A stretch of DNA of 32,000 nucleotides. Source: Promethearchaeota archaeon (GTDB lineage: Archaea; Asgardarchaeota; Lokiarchaeia; Sigyniarchaeales; SOKP01). The stretch lies in assembly GCA_030606485.1 (NCBI GenBank), contig JAUWGH010000008.1, positions 90,001 through 122,000 of the forward strand, in the 5' to 3' direction. The notes under the pieces are model-generated. The model was given only the letters and a program-made list of their open reading frames with translations. It did no database searches and was not told the DNA's origin. The position numbers were made by a program, and so were the translations under genes. Below are positions 1-10,551 of this stretch, one piece after another. Within the stretch, counting starts at the first letter, position 1, and every line of letters begins with the position of its first letter.

Positions 1-449
1 AATACATTCTCAATTTGAAATATCATATCAATTCATGCTCATTTAATCGTTATCTATGGTAAAATTTGATATTATTTTTATTACTTTTTATTCAACTTAA
101 TTCTTTAAAAACGTTTTCTTTTTCTAATTCGATTATTAAGTTATTAATTTATTAACTTTATAAGCTAATTCTTTTAGAGGTTTGTTTATTTTTCTTAATA
201 ACACTCTTACTTTTCATAAAAATTATTTTAAATCGTTAAATAAATAATTTTAAGGATATAAAAAAGTTAAACAATAAATTCTAATAAGATAATGAAATTT
301 CATTTCTTTTGAGATCATCTAATTTTTTTAAAAATTTGAACCTAAATTCTGATTTTAAGATAGATAAATTAATAAAAATGGGTAAAAAGAATAGTTGATA
401 TTATTAATTTAAAAAAAAAATAGAGTTAAATTTGTTTTTCTTGTTAAAT

Positions 450-1835
450 TTAATCGTTTATACCCCAAGATGGAAATGTAATTGGTGCTGTTACAATAGT
501 GTCTGGATAAAGAGCACCACCAGTTGTTATGCACTCTTTTGCTCCGCCCGCTTGCCATTGCACGAATAAGGTGACTCCATATGGCCAACCTGCCATTACA
601 TCATGAGATTTTGTCCATCCAAATTCTAGTGTCGATACTGAAGTTAGACTTGGGTTTTCAGGAGTGATTGTCTCCATTTGAGCCACAAGGTCATCAGAAT
701 CAATGGAATCACATGCTTCAATCACGTCTCTCATCATATATACGGTGTCATAGGAACCTACAGCCGTATAAAGGGGTGATTCACCGAAATTATCTATCCA
801 TCTATCCCAAAATGCAATTGATTTTGGTGTTTTAGCGGTACGACATAATGTTTGCATTATAATTTCGTGTTCGCAACCTCCATTCGTATCAAACCAGTAA
901 GAATCCAACTGTGCTTGAACATCAATTCCAGCAATAAGACATTTTGCTTGAATTTGTGCATATTGAGTGGTAAAAGTAATCCCTGTCGTTCCGGATATTA
1001 CGGGAATAACTAATTGGGCTCCAAGATCTTGTATGCTTTGCCATATTGTAGCGAAATCTTCGGATGTAGCAGTGATTGGATAGGCTATATCATCCAAGAT
1101 CTCATAACCGAATAAAGGTAAGTAAGCGTTTAGAGCAGCGTCCATTGGAAGTGTCCAGTCAAGATCCTCTCTTACAATCACAACTTTATTAACTGGTTTA
1201 TCTAACATTACTGGCAAAACCGCTGCAAATGCGGCAAAAAGAGTAATACATTGTCCTCCTAAGCTTGTAGAGTTGATAGGCATCGTTCTGAACATATATT
1301 TATATGTGTCGTAGTCATCAAGAACCTGTTGGGCGAAACAATCTGTAGACGCACCTGTATTAATAAAGACAATTTCTTCATCCATTACAATTTCTTGGTA
1401 TGCTAATAACGATTCCGTTCTGAATCCACCAATGATAAAGTGGGGTGTATGTTGTGTCATCATTTTCGTTGCGGCAGTCGTTCCCTTGGTTATATCGAGC
1501 TGGGCATCGGATTCAAAGGTATCCTCACCTACGATTCCAAAATAATACGTGTCAGTGCCGATTTTAAAGCCACCTGCAGTATTTATCTCATCTGCTGCCA
1601 TATATACTCCATTCCATTGACCTTCACCTTGTATATCAGTTAATGAGCCAAGAACTCCGATTTTAATTATTCGATTGCTTGCAACATCTTCTGGAGCTCC
1701 GGGAGTAAGAAGGATGCCTGGTTGAACTGCTCCATATTTAGGTACCAAAAAAATGATTCCGAGTGGAATACCTACTCCGGCAATTATAGCAATTATCACA
1801 ACGACAATAATTATATTTCTAGTTTTTGTTTCCAT
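450..1835 (-). CDS. ABC transporter substrate-binding protein, branched-chain amino acid (LivK-like) family, N-terminally membrane anchored
   Basis: 461 aa. Hydrophobic N-terminal anchor (IIIVVVIIAIIAGVGIPLGIIFLV). IKIGVLGSLT...G...AADEINTAGG start typical of type I periplasmic binding proteins; YDTVY motif near the C-terminus. No permease or ATPase of this type lies next to it in the window. Confidence 0.8.
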   Translation of the reverse strand: METKTRNIIIVVVIIAIIAGVGIPLGIIFLVPKYGAVQPGILLTPGAPEDVASNRIIKIGVLGSLTDIQGEGQWNGVYMAADEINTAGGFKIGTDTYYFGIVGEDTFESDAQLDITKGTTAATKMMTQHTPHFIIGGFRTESLLAYQEIVMDEEIVFINTGASTDCFAQQVLDDYDTYKYMFRTMPINSTSLGGQCITLFAAFAAVLPVMLDKPVNKVVIVREDLDWTLPMDAALNAYLPLFGYEILDDIAYPITATSEDFATIWQSIQDLGAQLVIPVISGTTGITFTTQYAQIQAKCLIAGIDVQAQLDSYWFDTNGGCEHEIIMQTLCRTAKTPKSIAFWDRWIDNFGESPLYTAVGSYDTVYMMRDVIEACDSIDSDDLVAQMETITPENPSLTSVSTLEFGWTKSHDVMAGWPYGVTLFVQWQAGGAKECITTGGALYPDTIVTAPITFPSWGIND

Positions 1836-2140
1836 ATTTCATATCACTTTTTAAAAAAATTTTTATTGTTATATCGATTTAATATTCATTTTATCTCTAT
1901 TTAAATATTATTACATTTTAATCAAAAAACCATATTTTTGTCTAAAAATCGTCAAAAATTTTTAACATTTATGAGAATATAAAAAAGTTTAATTAAATTT
2001 TTGTAAAAATAAAGAGAGATTTAGGAAATTGATATATTTTATGAAAGAAATCCCATAAAGTTCCCAATATTAATTATCATTTGTTAAGAAGATAGATTTC
2101 CTAAAATTGATGAAAATATAAAAAGAAAAATTTTAATAAA

Positions 2141-3418
2141 TTAATTATTCGATTCATCAATCAAATAGCCGATACAAATCTTTAGTGCATTTGTGAGTGC
2201 AATCTTATTTACTATTTCTATATTATCTGTTGGTTGATGATAGAAAGACAAAAATTTGCTGAAATCCATTGATGCAAAAGTTGCTGCCTTAATTTTAACT
2301 TTTGAAAATGCAGTTGCGTCAGTTCCCCCACTAATTTGTCCTATGAGTTTCTCTATAAAACCAGAACCAAATGGTTTAATATTAAGATCAACCAGATCTG
2401 CGGATTTATTTATTTTTTGCACTACTTCTGGTGAATGTCTCGTTCTTGTTGTAGGTTCGTATTCTATTATATAAAATTTTTCATCATTCTGAATGCCATC
2501 CATATTTATTATTTCTGCTTTTTTTTTTTTTAATTCTTCAAGATGACGTGTTACATAGCGATAAGCACCTCTTAAGCCAGCTTCCTCGCATCCAAAGGAG
2601 ATTAAACGAATTTCTATGTTATTCGGAATAATTTGTTTAAGAGTTTTGAGATATTTTCCGAGACCCAATATAACAGCAACAGCACTAAGATTATCAATAG
2701 CACCTGGTACTTTATTCGCTTTTTCGCCATTTGATACGAAGAAAAATAAACCAATAAAAGCAGGGATGCCAATTATAAAGAGAATAATTATAAAATTATA
2801 AAATAACAAATATTCTAAGTTAAAAAATACAAAAATAAATATAATTATTGAAACTATCATCCATATAAACAATACACCTAATCCTAAAAAAATAATAACC
2901 ACATATCCAAACTTTAAATATCGTAAAAGGTTAAATTGTAGAGCACTATCGTGGTGTCCTGAAAAAATGATAATTTTTTTCAATTCTCCTTTTGCTTTAA
3001 TCTTACCTATGACGTTTTGCGAATCTCTTTCTTTAAATAATTTATCTATAAACTCTCGATAATTAAAAAATTCGTTCCAAAGTATCAAGAATGCAAAGAT
3101 ATTAAGAATCACAGCGATAGTAATTAATAATATACGTGAGAACAAATTTGGTGCAATAAATGGCATTAATAAAAAGTTTAAAATTGAGATGCTAATTAGT
3201 AAAATGTCAATCCTTATCCACCCCAAAAAAGCCCGTGGGTGACATTTAAATGGTTCAACATTAACTTCATCACAAGTCTTTTCAAGTTCTTTTTTAATAT
3301 AATCGGCTGCTTGTGCTTCTGCAGGACTACATGGCATTCTTGGTCCAAATTTATCTATAATATCTTTTATAACATTATACATATATTCAGAATCATCATT
3401 TGAAATTTCAACTTTCAT
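2141..3418 (-). CDS. M28-family metallopeptidase with inserted transmembrane helices
   Basis: 425 aa. Zn-ligand motifs SGHHDS, GAIDNLSAV, GCEEAGLRG, INMDG and YHQPTD; four hydrophobic segments interrupt the catalytic domain. Confidence 0.8.
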   Translation of the reverse strand: MKVEISNDDSEYMYNVIKDIIDKFGPRMPCSPAEAQAADYIKKELEKTCDEVNVEPFKCHPRAFLGWIRIDILLISISILNFLLMPFIAPNLFSRILLITIAVILNIFAFLILWNEFFNYREFIDKLFKERDSQNVIGKIKAKGELKKIIIFSGHHDSALQFNLLRYLKFGYVVIIFLGLGVLFIWMIVSIIIFIFVFFNLEYLLFYNFIIILFIIGIPAFIGLFFFVSNGEKANKVPGAIDNLSAVAVILGLGKYLKTLKQIIPNNIEIRLISFGCEEAGLRGAYRYVTRHLEELKKKKAEIINMDGIQNDEKFYIIEYEPTTRTRHSPEVVQKINKSADLVDLNIKPFGSGFIEKLIGQISGGTDATAFSKVKIKAATFASMDFSKFLSFYHQPTDNIEIVNKIALTNALKICIGYLIDESNN

Positions 3419-3512
3419 TATTATCGCAATAATTATGATTGTTAAAAGATAATTAGATTTTCTTTAATAAAAGAGTTTAATAAAAAAAGAATTAAAATTG
3501 ATTTAGTTTTTA

Positions 3513-5033
3513 CTAATTAACAACATCTTTCAAAGCAGATTCAGTTGCTCTAATGAAAAGATGTTTGGAAGTATTAAGTGAACCATTGTATACAATCTTA
3601 GAGATCACCATCTCAGAAGGATAATATTTTATTCCAGGAGGATATGAACTATCTTTCCAACCCCCTAAAGCTGTACTAATATTAGCCTGCATCGGTTCAT
3701 TATTAATATATATGCTTCCTGCCTGCAATTCATTGACAAATCTTTCAATATTTTCTGGAGGAGTGTAGACTACAGCACGCATTCCATAGTTAGAATGATT
3801 TGCGAGAAAAATAGCATCATCAATATTTTTGGCTTTAGTTACACTTCTTACGGGACCAAAAGCTTCTTCACGCCAGAGAAAAGGAGCTTTATCAAAATCA
3901 AGTATATTTTCGCGAGGAATCTCTACTAAAGTTGGTTTATAAAAAAGGCCATAGCTTTTCCCGGTATCTATTTTTTCAGCACCACATAAGATTTTCACAC
4001 CCTTATGTTTTGTGGCTTCACCAACCATTACTTCCATCATCATCAAGATTCTCCGAGATCCAAGAGGTCCAATATCTGTGGACATATCTCTGGGGTCTCC
4101 CATCTTTAATTTTTCAATCCCTTTTAGCAATAATTCAATATATTCATCATATATATCCTGATGTACAATTATTCGCTTCATTGAAAAACATTGTTGTCCT
4201 GAATTTGTATAGGAAGCAATTACATTCCATTTAGCTACTAATTCTAAATTTACTCCGGGCATTACGATTCCTGCATCATTTCCAGCACTTTCGAATATAA
4301 ATTTTTTGAATGGAAAATTTATCATATTAACTCCAAGAAACTTCTGGGTATATTTTTTTAAAATTTCAGCGTAATCGATTAGAATCTGTTTTGCTGTATG
4401 CGAAGCGGCTACGCAAACAATATTTTTAATTAATTTTGATTCAATAAATATTTTGATAGCAAAGTTGCCGGGACTAATAACTAAATCATATGCTTCATTA
4501 AATGGAAAATCACTCTCATTAATTCTTTCTATACAATATTTCATTGTCAAGGGACAAGCTGTGGAAGGCTTTATAATAGCAGGGTTTCCTGTCATAAAGC
4601 TTGATCCCCAAAAGTACATTGGTAGACTCATAGGAGTATTACGGGGAGTTATACCTATAGTTAATCCCATAGGTTGATATTTTATGAGTGAAACTTGTCC
4701 ACTTTCAAGATCACGTTGTGTTTTGTCTTTTACCAAATCGATAAACCAGTCAACATAAGAATATCCCTTTTCAATCATAGCAAATTCCCATTCTGAATAG
4801 CGAATGGGTAATCCTCCTTCAGCAACTATGATATCTTTAATTTTTTTCTTTTCTTTAAATAACACTTTAGCTATATCTTTGATTACATCAATTCTTTCTT
4901 CTAATGTGGTGTTTAAAAGTCTCTTTTCCCACTGAACTGTTCTTCTAATCTTATTTTGAATTGTCTCTTCAGTATCTGCTTCAATAGATTCTATTACCTC
5001 CCCCGTATATTTATTTAAAACATCTAATTTCAT
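3513..5033 (-). CDS. Aldehyde dehydrogenase family protein
   Basis: 506 aa. ITPRNTP (cf. ITPWNFP), IIKPS, FESAGND (catalytic Glu), NSGQQCFS (catalytic Cys), EEAFGPV, ANHSNYGM. GAGGT ribosome-binding site upstream. Confidence 0.85.
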   Translation of the reverse strand: MKLDVLNKYTGEVIESIEADTEETIQNKIRRTVQWEKRLLNTTLEERIDVIKDIAKVLFKEKKKIKDIIVAEGGLPIRYSEWEFAMIEKGYSYVDWFIDLVKDKTQRDLESGQVSLIKYQPMGLTIGITPRNTPMSLPMYFWGSSFMTGNPAIIKPSTACPLTMKYCIERINESDFPFNEAYDLVISPGNFAIKIFIESKLIKNIVCVAASHTAKQILIDYAEILKKYTQKFLGVNMINFPFKKFIFESAGNDAGIVMPGVNLELVAKWNVIASYTNSGQQCFSMKRIIVHQDIYDEYIELLLKGIEKLKMGDPRDMSTDIGPLGSRRILMMMEVMVGEATKHKGVKILCGAEKIDTGKSYGLFYKPTLVEIPRENILDFDKAPFLWREEAFGPVRSVTKAKNIDDAIFLANHSNYGMRAVVYTPPENIERFVNELQAGSIYINNEPMQANISTALGGWKDSSYPPGIKYYPSEMVISKIVYNGSLNTSKHLFIRATESALKDVVN

Positions 5034-5055
5034 ATAAAAACCTCATTTCTTTTTT

Positions 5056-6054
5056 TTATTCTTTTTTCTCCTTAATTAATTCAATATATTCCTTATACCA
5101 TACAATAGTATCTCGAAGACCTTCTCTTAAAGGTGTTATTTTATAATTTAACTTTTCTATTGCTTTTTTTGATGAATAAGATCTATTATATTTTATACTT
5201 TTAAGAGTAGCTCGAGTAATATATGGTATTTTTTTAGTTATTTTAGATTTAATCTCACATAACCAGGCATAAAAACTAGCTGCCCACATTGGAAAATGTC
5301 TAGGTTTTTTCACTTCTGCAATCTCGGCAATTAAATTAAGATATTCTCCTAACTCTACATTTTCTCCGCCAAGGATAAAGTCTTCACCTATTAGATCATC
5401 CCGATTAATTATTGATGTTAAAATATTAATCAAATCTCCTACATATGAAAAGCAAGCGACTGAATCCCCCTTTCCTGGACAGCCTAAAAATTTCCCCCTT
5501 ACTATATCAAAAAGCGTTTGACCGAAATAATTAAAATCACCCGGACCATAAACGACTCCAGGATAAAAAATTGTTGCATTAAGTCCCTTTTCTATATATT
5601 CTTTAATTTTTTTTTTCCCATAAAACTTAGTTCTCTCATAATCCATATAAAAAAGTTCATTTTCAAAAGTTTCATCAACGGGTTCTTCAGGAGTTGGTCC
5701 AATGGCAACAAATGAACTCATATAATAAAGCTTTTTATTCTTTTCTAATGCAATTTTAGCAATATTTTCTACACCGCCTACATTAATGTCTTCATAAATA
5801 GATTTATCAGGAGCCCACATCCCGGTGTATGCAGCAAGGTGATAAATTATATCGACACTATCAACAGCTTGATATAAACTATCAATATCTCGAACATCAC
5901 CAATAATATATTTAATGTTTTTTAGATCATTAAATGGTTCAATATTACTATTTTCTCTTATAAGAAGTTTTAAATTGTGTCCTAATTCATATAAACGTTT
6001 AACCAAATGAACACCAATAAATCCAGTGCCACCAGTTATTAAGACATTAGTCAT
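5056..6054 (-). CDS. NAD-dependent epimerase/dehydratase (extended SDR; DFR/3-beta-HSD/HpnA-like)
   Basis: 332 aa. TGGTGFIG Rossmann motif, YHLAA, SS, YERTK (YxxxK) and PGVVYGPGD. Ends 22 nt before the ALDH start, so the two are probably co-transcribed. Confidence 0.85.
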   Translation of the reverse strand: MTNVLITGGTGFIGVHLVKRLYELGHNLKLLIRENSNIEPFNDLKNIKYIIGDVRDIDSLYQAVDSVDIIYHLAAYTGMWAPDKSIYEDINVGGVENIAKIALEKNKKLYYMSSFVAIGPTPEEPVDETFENELFYMDYERTKFYGKKKIKEYIEKGLNATIFYPGVVYGPGDFNYFGQTLFDIVRGKFLGCPGKGDSVACFSYVGDLINILTSIINRDDLIGEDFILGGENVELGEYLNLIAEIAEVKKPRHFPMWAASFYAWLCEIKSKITKKIPYITRATLKSIKYNRSYSSKKAIEKLNYKITPLREGLRDTIVWYKEYIELIKEKKE

Positions 6055-6212
6055 TTTAGTTAATATCTAAAATTTCATTCAAGAAAATTAAGAGGGTTAT
6101 TTTCAGATTATTAAAATCTCGTTATTATTTTATTAAAAAGGTTTTCCGAAGTTTCATAATATTAAAGATTAAAATTTATTCTAATTTCTCTTGTATGAAT
6201 TATTTTAAAATG

Positions 6213-7094
6213 TTATATACTCGCAAAAATAAAAGCAATTAAGCCGAGAAAAGCCCCTAATTTTAAGAATAAGCTTATTTTTTTAAAATCAGCGGTCTGT
6301 AGATCACTTTTAAGAGACAATATTAACGCATAAATAACGATAATTATTCCAAAAATCATTGAAATAAAAAACAAAACGGGATTTATAATTGGTGTAAATA
6401 TTGGTAAACTAAAAAAGATTATAGCTAAAATATCACAGACTACAGAGAATTTAGCGGTTTTTTCAATTCCAATCTGAATTGCTAAAGTCTTTATTCCATA
6501 TTGTTTATCTCCTTCAATATCTTCACATCCTTTTATAATCTCGCGAGAAAGCAAAAGAAAAAAACAGGTTAAAAAGAAATAATAAATGTATAGTGGAATT
6601 ATTGAACTATTCAAAATCGCGCCATATATTAATCCTATTGAAAATGATAAACTAACAACTAAATTTCCTAGAAAACCTTGTTTCTTACCCCATTTAGCAT
6701 ACACCCATCCTAAAAAACCGAAAAACATTGCAAATACTATATTGAGAAAACCCAAATTAAAAATTATACTATGAATGATTGATAGTGCTACTCCAATGGT
6801 TAAAATAATCAAGAAAAGTATTTTTGCTTGCTTTAGAGTTATTGATCCTCTTGGAATAGGACGTTCTGGGCGATTAATTTTATCAATTTCGATATCATAT
6901 ATGTCATTAATAACCATCCCTGAGCCTGCAATAAAGAAATAGGTCAATATACCTAATATTAAATTAATGAGTAATATTTCAATTAATATTCCTGTTCGAG
7001 TATTTAAAATACCTATTATTACTGTAAGTGATCCCATAATACAATTTATGGGTCTTATAATTTCTATAGCATCCTTGAATTTCATGACTAGCAC
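6213..7094 (-). CDS. Digeranylgeranylglyceryl phosphate (DGGGP) synthase, UbiA prenyltransferase family
   Basis: 293 aa, multi-pass membrane. IIRPINC, INDIYDIEIDKINRPERPIPRG (NDxxDxxxD), REIIKGCEDIEGD. Directly downstream of GGGP synthase. Confidence 0.85.
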   Translation of the reverse strand: MLVMKFKDAIEIIRPINCIMGSLTVIIGILNTRTGILIEILLINLILGILTYFFIAGSGMVINDIYDIEIDKINRPERPIPRGSITLKQAKILFLIILTIGVALSIIHSIIFNLGFLNIVFAMFFGFLGWVYAKWGKKQGFLGNLVVSLSFSIGLIYGAILNSSIIPLYIYYFFLTCFFLLLSREIIKGCEDIEGDKQYGIKTLAIQIGIEKTAKFSVVCDILAIIFFSLPIFTPIINPVLFFISMIFGIIIVIYALILSLKSDLQTADFKKISLFLKLGAFLGLIAFIFASI

Positions 7095-7110
7095 TCTACA
7101 CTTGTTTTAA

Positions 7111-7932
7111 CTATTTTTTTTCATATTTTTTATCGTAAAGCTTACCACAAGTTTTAATCTCATCAATGATCTCTTTCAGTGAGGTTCCTTTATCATTTAG
7201 TGTATTATTCTCGAGAAATGTGCCCATAACAACGATATCTGCTCCATTTTCAATGTAACTTCTTGCATCCTCTTTATTATTAATTCCCCCACCAACAATT
7301 ATGGGAATTTTTAAATAATTAGATGTCATTTTGATAATTTTAACCGGAATTCTTTCAGAACCAGAACCAGATTCTAAATAGATTAACTTGAATCCAAACA
7401 TCTCCGCGGCAAATGCATAAGCTGTTGTTAATTCTGGTTTGTTTCTTGGTAATAATTTTGCATTTCCAATCCATCCTGCAGTTGAACCTGGTTCGATTAT
7501 TAAATATGCCATAGATATGCTCTCTAAATTAGCCATTTTAATTGGAAAACATGCGAGTGCCTGTTGACCAATAATAAAATAAGGATCTGTTGAATTCAAT
7601 AAAGACATAAATAAAATTGCATCTGCCTTAGGAGAAATATTACTAATTCCACCCGGAAATATAATAACGGGCAAATCTACCTTATTCTTTATTGATTCAA
7701 TTGTTTTATCAATAAACGCTTGGTCAAATGCAGTGGATCCTCCAACTAAAATTGCATCAGTTCCAGCGTCTTCAGCATATTTAGCAATTTTTGCTGCCCG
7801 AGAAGGACTTTGACGAATAGGGTCAGGATCTATAAGAGAGAAATGAAGGGCTCCATCTTCATTAATTTTATTAATGATATATCCGTAAGTCGTTTGCTTT
7901 TCAGATTCGTTTAGAATGATGTCCATTATCAA
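7111..7932 (-). CDS. Geranylgeranylglyceryl phosphate (GGGP) synthase, PcrB/GGGPS family
   Basis: 273 aa. LIDPD, DAILVGGST, IFPG, FMSLLNS, YLESGSG, VGGGI, VVMGT motifs. The start may be the ATG at 7926 rather than the TTG at 7932. Confidence 0.9.
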   Translation of the reverse strand: MIMDIILNESEKQTTYGYIINKINEDGALHFSLIDPDPIRQSPSRAAKIAKYAEDAGTDAILVGGSTAFDQAFIDKTIESIKNKVDLPVIIFPGGISNISPKADAILFMSLLNSTDPYFIIGQQALACFPIKMANLESISMAYLIIEPGSTAGWIGNAKLLPRNKPELTTAYAFAAEMFGFKLIYLESGSGSERIPVKIIKMTSNYLKIPIIVGGGINNKEDARSYIENGADIVVMGTFLENNTLNDKGTSLKEIIDEIKTCGKLYDKKYEKK

Positions 7933-8063
7933 TCATATTGTAAAACAATTAAAGATTTTAAAAGCTTTTAAAATCAATACGAATATTATTTTTGTGAAAT
8001 ATATTAAGAGGAGTGATATAATTAATATTTTAACAAATATAATTACTTTTAATTGATGTAAAA

Positions 8064-9455
8064 ATGGAAAGTCTACCAAAATCATATGATGTAATAGTTG
8101 TTGGTGCAGGAACCGGTGGAAGTACTGCAGCCCGATTTGCAGCACAATACGGACTCGACGTGTGTTTGATTGACAGCAAAAAAAGGGATCAAATTGGAGA
8201 TAAGATCTGTGGGGATGGAATTGGAACTGAAATTTTTGAATTTCTGAACATCAATCCACCAAAAGGAAAAGAATTAGCATGCCACATAAAAGGTGCTAAA
8301 TTGTATTCTCCAAATTTAAAAAAATGCATAATAATGCTTGACCCAAAGCAAGCAGGATATGTTATCAATCGATTAGAATTCGGTCAACGATTATTAAATG
8401 AAGCAATTGATGCAGGAGTAAGGCAATTTTTAGATAATACTATGGCGTTAGATTTATTATATAAAAGTGGAGCAGTAAATGGAATAAAAGTTAAATTAAG
8501 CAATGGAGAAAAAGCCGATCTGCATTCAAAAATAATAATTGATGCAAGTGGATTTTATTCTCCATTGAGAAGAAATATAAAAAGTTCTATAATTGAGAAG
8601 GAAATTTCTAAAAAGGACTCAATTTTATGTTATAGAGAAATTGTAGATTTTGGTCCTGAAAATCCAAGAGTTAATGATCCAGATTATATAACAATTATTC
8701 TTGATCAAGAAAAAGCACCTGGCGGGTATATCTGGTATTTCCCGAAAAATGAACACTCAGTCAATATAGGATTAGGTGTATTTATGGATTTTAAAGGTAA
8801 AGTTAAAGAATTATATCGAAAAAATGTATTTGAGAATTACGTGAAGACTTCTGAATATAAGATAATATCTTCAGGAGGAGGGGTTGCGCCTGTGAGAAGA
8901 CCAATTTGGTCTTGTGCAGACAATGGGATTATGTTTATTGGAGATGCTGCATGTCAAGTCAGTCCACTTCATGGAGGAGGGATTGACCCTTCAATGCGAG
9001 GTGGATATTTTTCAGCACTTAGTGCAAAAGATGCAATTGAAAGCGAAGACTATTCTATAAATGCTTTATGGAATTATAATTATAATGTAATGACTACTTT
9101 TGGTGCAGAATTTGCCGCTCTTGACCTGTTAAGAATTACTTTACAAAATCTTTCTAATGAAGATTTAAATTTTGGTTTAGAACGTGATTTATTAACTGGG
9201 AAGGAAATATTAGAGATAGCCTCAACGGGAAAAGTTGAATTATCTCTGTTTGATTTAATCTCTAAGGCGATTAAAGGTATATCTCAACCTAAGCTGCTAT
9301 TGGATTTAAATTATATGAGAATTAATATGAATAATATCTCAAGGCATTATAAAAAATTTCCAAAAACAATGGAAAAATTTGAAGATTGGAAAGAAAAAAC
9401 ACAACAAATTTATGGGAAAATAAGAAAACCTAACCACCATAATAGTTCCACATAA
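8064..9455 (+). CDS. Geranylgeranyl reductase family FAD oxidoreductase (probable digeranylgeranylglycerophospholipid reductase)
   Basis: 463 aa. VVGAGTGG, KICGDG, YIWYFPK (YxWxFP), GDAACQVSPLHGGGI. Divergent from the GGGP/DGGGP synthase genes. Confidence 0.85.
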   Translation: MESLPKSYDVIVVGAGTGGSTAARFAAQYGLDVCLIDSKKRDQIGDKICGDGIGTEIFEFLNINPPKGKELACHIKGAKLYSPNLKKCIIMLDPKQAGYVINRLEFGQRLLNEAIDAGVRQFLDNTMALDLLYKSGAVNGIKVKLSNGEKADLHSKIIIDASGFYSPLRRNIKSSIIEKEISKKDSILCYREIVDFGPENPRVNDPDYITIILDQEKAPGGYIWYFPKNEHSVNIGLGVFMDFKGKVKELYRKNVFENYVKTSEYKIISSGGGVAPVRRPIWSCADNGIMFIGDAACQVSPLHGGGIDPSMRGGYFSALSAKDAIESEDYSINALWNYNYNVMTTFGAEFAALDLLRITLQNLSNEDLNFGLERDLLTGKEILEIASTGKVELSLFDLISKAIKGISQPKLLLDLNYMRINMNNISRHYKKFPKTMEKFEDWKEKTQQIYGKIRKPNHHNSST

Positions 9456-9717
9456 AGTTCAGGCGGTCGCCATCTTTTAATCCAGCATCAAGCCCTCCTT
9501 GAAACCTAAAGTGGATGCCATTGATTGTTAAGACTAAGTCTTCTACCATTTCTTCCATATTTTCTTTAAAAAGTACTTCTCTTAAAGGTTCTCCGTTTCT
9601 TTCAATCAAATCTAGAAGTAATTCTCTTAGAGTTATGGGTCTATCTAATTTGATCTCCATATCCCATCGTTGCATAATTGTAATAAATGGAGCTGAAAAT
9701 ATTAAAGTAACACTCAA
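9430..9717 (-). CDS. MoaD/ThiS/SAMP/Urm1-type ubiquitin-like protein
   Basis: 95 aa, TTG start. INGIHFRFQGGLDAGLKDGD beta-grasp motif and C-terminal Gly-Gly. Overlaps the convergent reductase gene by 26 nt. Confidence 0.75.
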   Translation of the reverse strand: MSVTLIFSAPFITIMQRWDMEIKLDRPITLRELLLDLIERNGEPLREVLFKENMEEMVEDLVLTINGIHFRFQGGLDAGLKDGDRLNFMWNYYGG

Positions 9718-9873
9718 TATATTTCACATGTCTGAAATTCAAACTCTATGAAATCAATATTCACTTCTCTTTTAATATTTTTATTTTATAAAATATAAAT
9801 ATTCAAGAATAAATTCTTCTGACTTATCTATTGAATAATTATTAAAAATTTAGATTTAAAAAAGGGTTTCATA

Positions 9874-10551
9874 TTATTTTTGCAATGCATTTAAAGCAAT
9901 TTTTGTAGAAATCTCTGCTTGCTCAACACTAACCATACCTATTGCCACAGAACAGATATTATGTTTAGAAATATAATCAAAAGCTTTTTGTGGCTCTATT
10001 TTTCCTGCCGCTAAAGTTTTCATTCCTAAAAAAGAGTAATTTTTATTTTGGTTAATAAGTGCTTCCAGCTTTTTTTGATCATTCATGAAGATCCCATTTG
10101 TGTTAAAGGGAATTAAAAATGCTTTAACATTTAATGATTTTTCAAAAGCATATGTTAGAGTGGAAATTGGGTTATGAGCAGCTATTCCTGGAATCACACC
10201 TCGGGAGGAGATCTCATCCAATAAATTAATTAATTTAATATTTTTATTATCAGCCACCATTCCGTGTACAAAAATTAGTTTTGCACCAACATCAATCAAA
10301 TCTTCAATTAAGGGATCAGGTCCTGGAAATGTAGAACCGGTAATTACATAATCATTGTGTGTTTCTTTCATTATTTTAGCAGCTTCACAAATTTTTCCAG
10401 CGGGTATTGCTTCAATACCACGACCTCCAGCTTTATAACACGCTTCTAAAATTTCAAGCATAGCATCTATATGATTTAAAAATTTTCTACGCCAAATCCG
10501 AGCATTAGTTCCGAATTGACCTGCACCTATAAATGGAGAAGTTCCCGTCAT
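9874..10551 (-). CDS. Conserved archaeal hypothetical protein, probable TIM-barrel/aldo-keto-reductase-like fold
   Basis: 225 aa ORF with GTSPFIGAGQFG and GMKTLAAGKI motifs. The true start is probably upstream of 10551 (see findings). Confidence 0.6.
   Translation of the reverse strand: MTGTSPFIGAGQFGTNARIWRRKFLNHIDAMLEILEACYKAGGRGIEAIPAGKICEAAKIMKETHNDYVITGSTFPGPDPLIEDLIDVGAKLIFVHGMVADNKNIKLINLLDEISSRGVIPGIAAHNPISTLTYAFEKSLNVKAFLIPFNTNGIFMNDQKKLEALINQNKNYSFLGMKTLAAGKIEPQKAFDYISKHNICSVAIGMVSVEQAEISTKIALNALQK

Noticed and set aside
1-26. Minus-strand MIFQIENV running off the window edge, reminiscent of the TBP IENV motif
   Set aside because: Only 8 codons are visible, too few to support a call.
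2020-2105. 10-bp inverted repeat TTTAGGAAAT...ATTTCCTAAA, 66 nt apart (MITE-like?)
   Set aside because: Short and AT-rich, with no target-site duplication, no second copy and no transposase in the window.
9712-9729. ATG-TGA-AAT-ATA in frame upstream of the MoaD-like TTG start, as a possible Sec extension
   Set aside because: No Cys is expected at that position in the family and no SECIS lies downstream. Likely chance.
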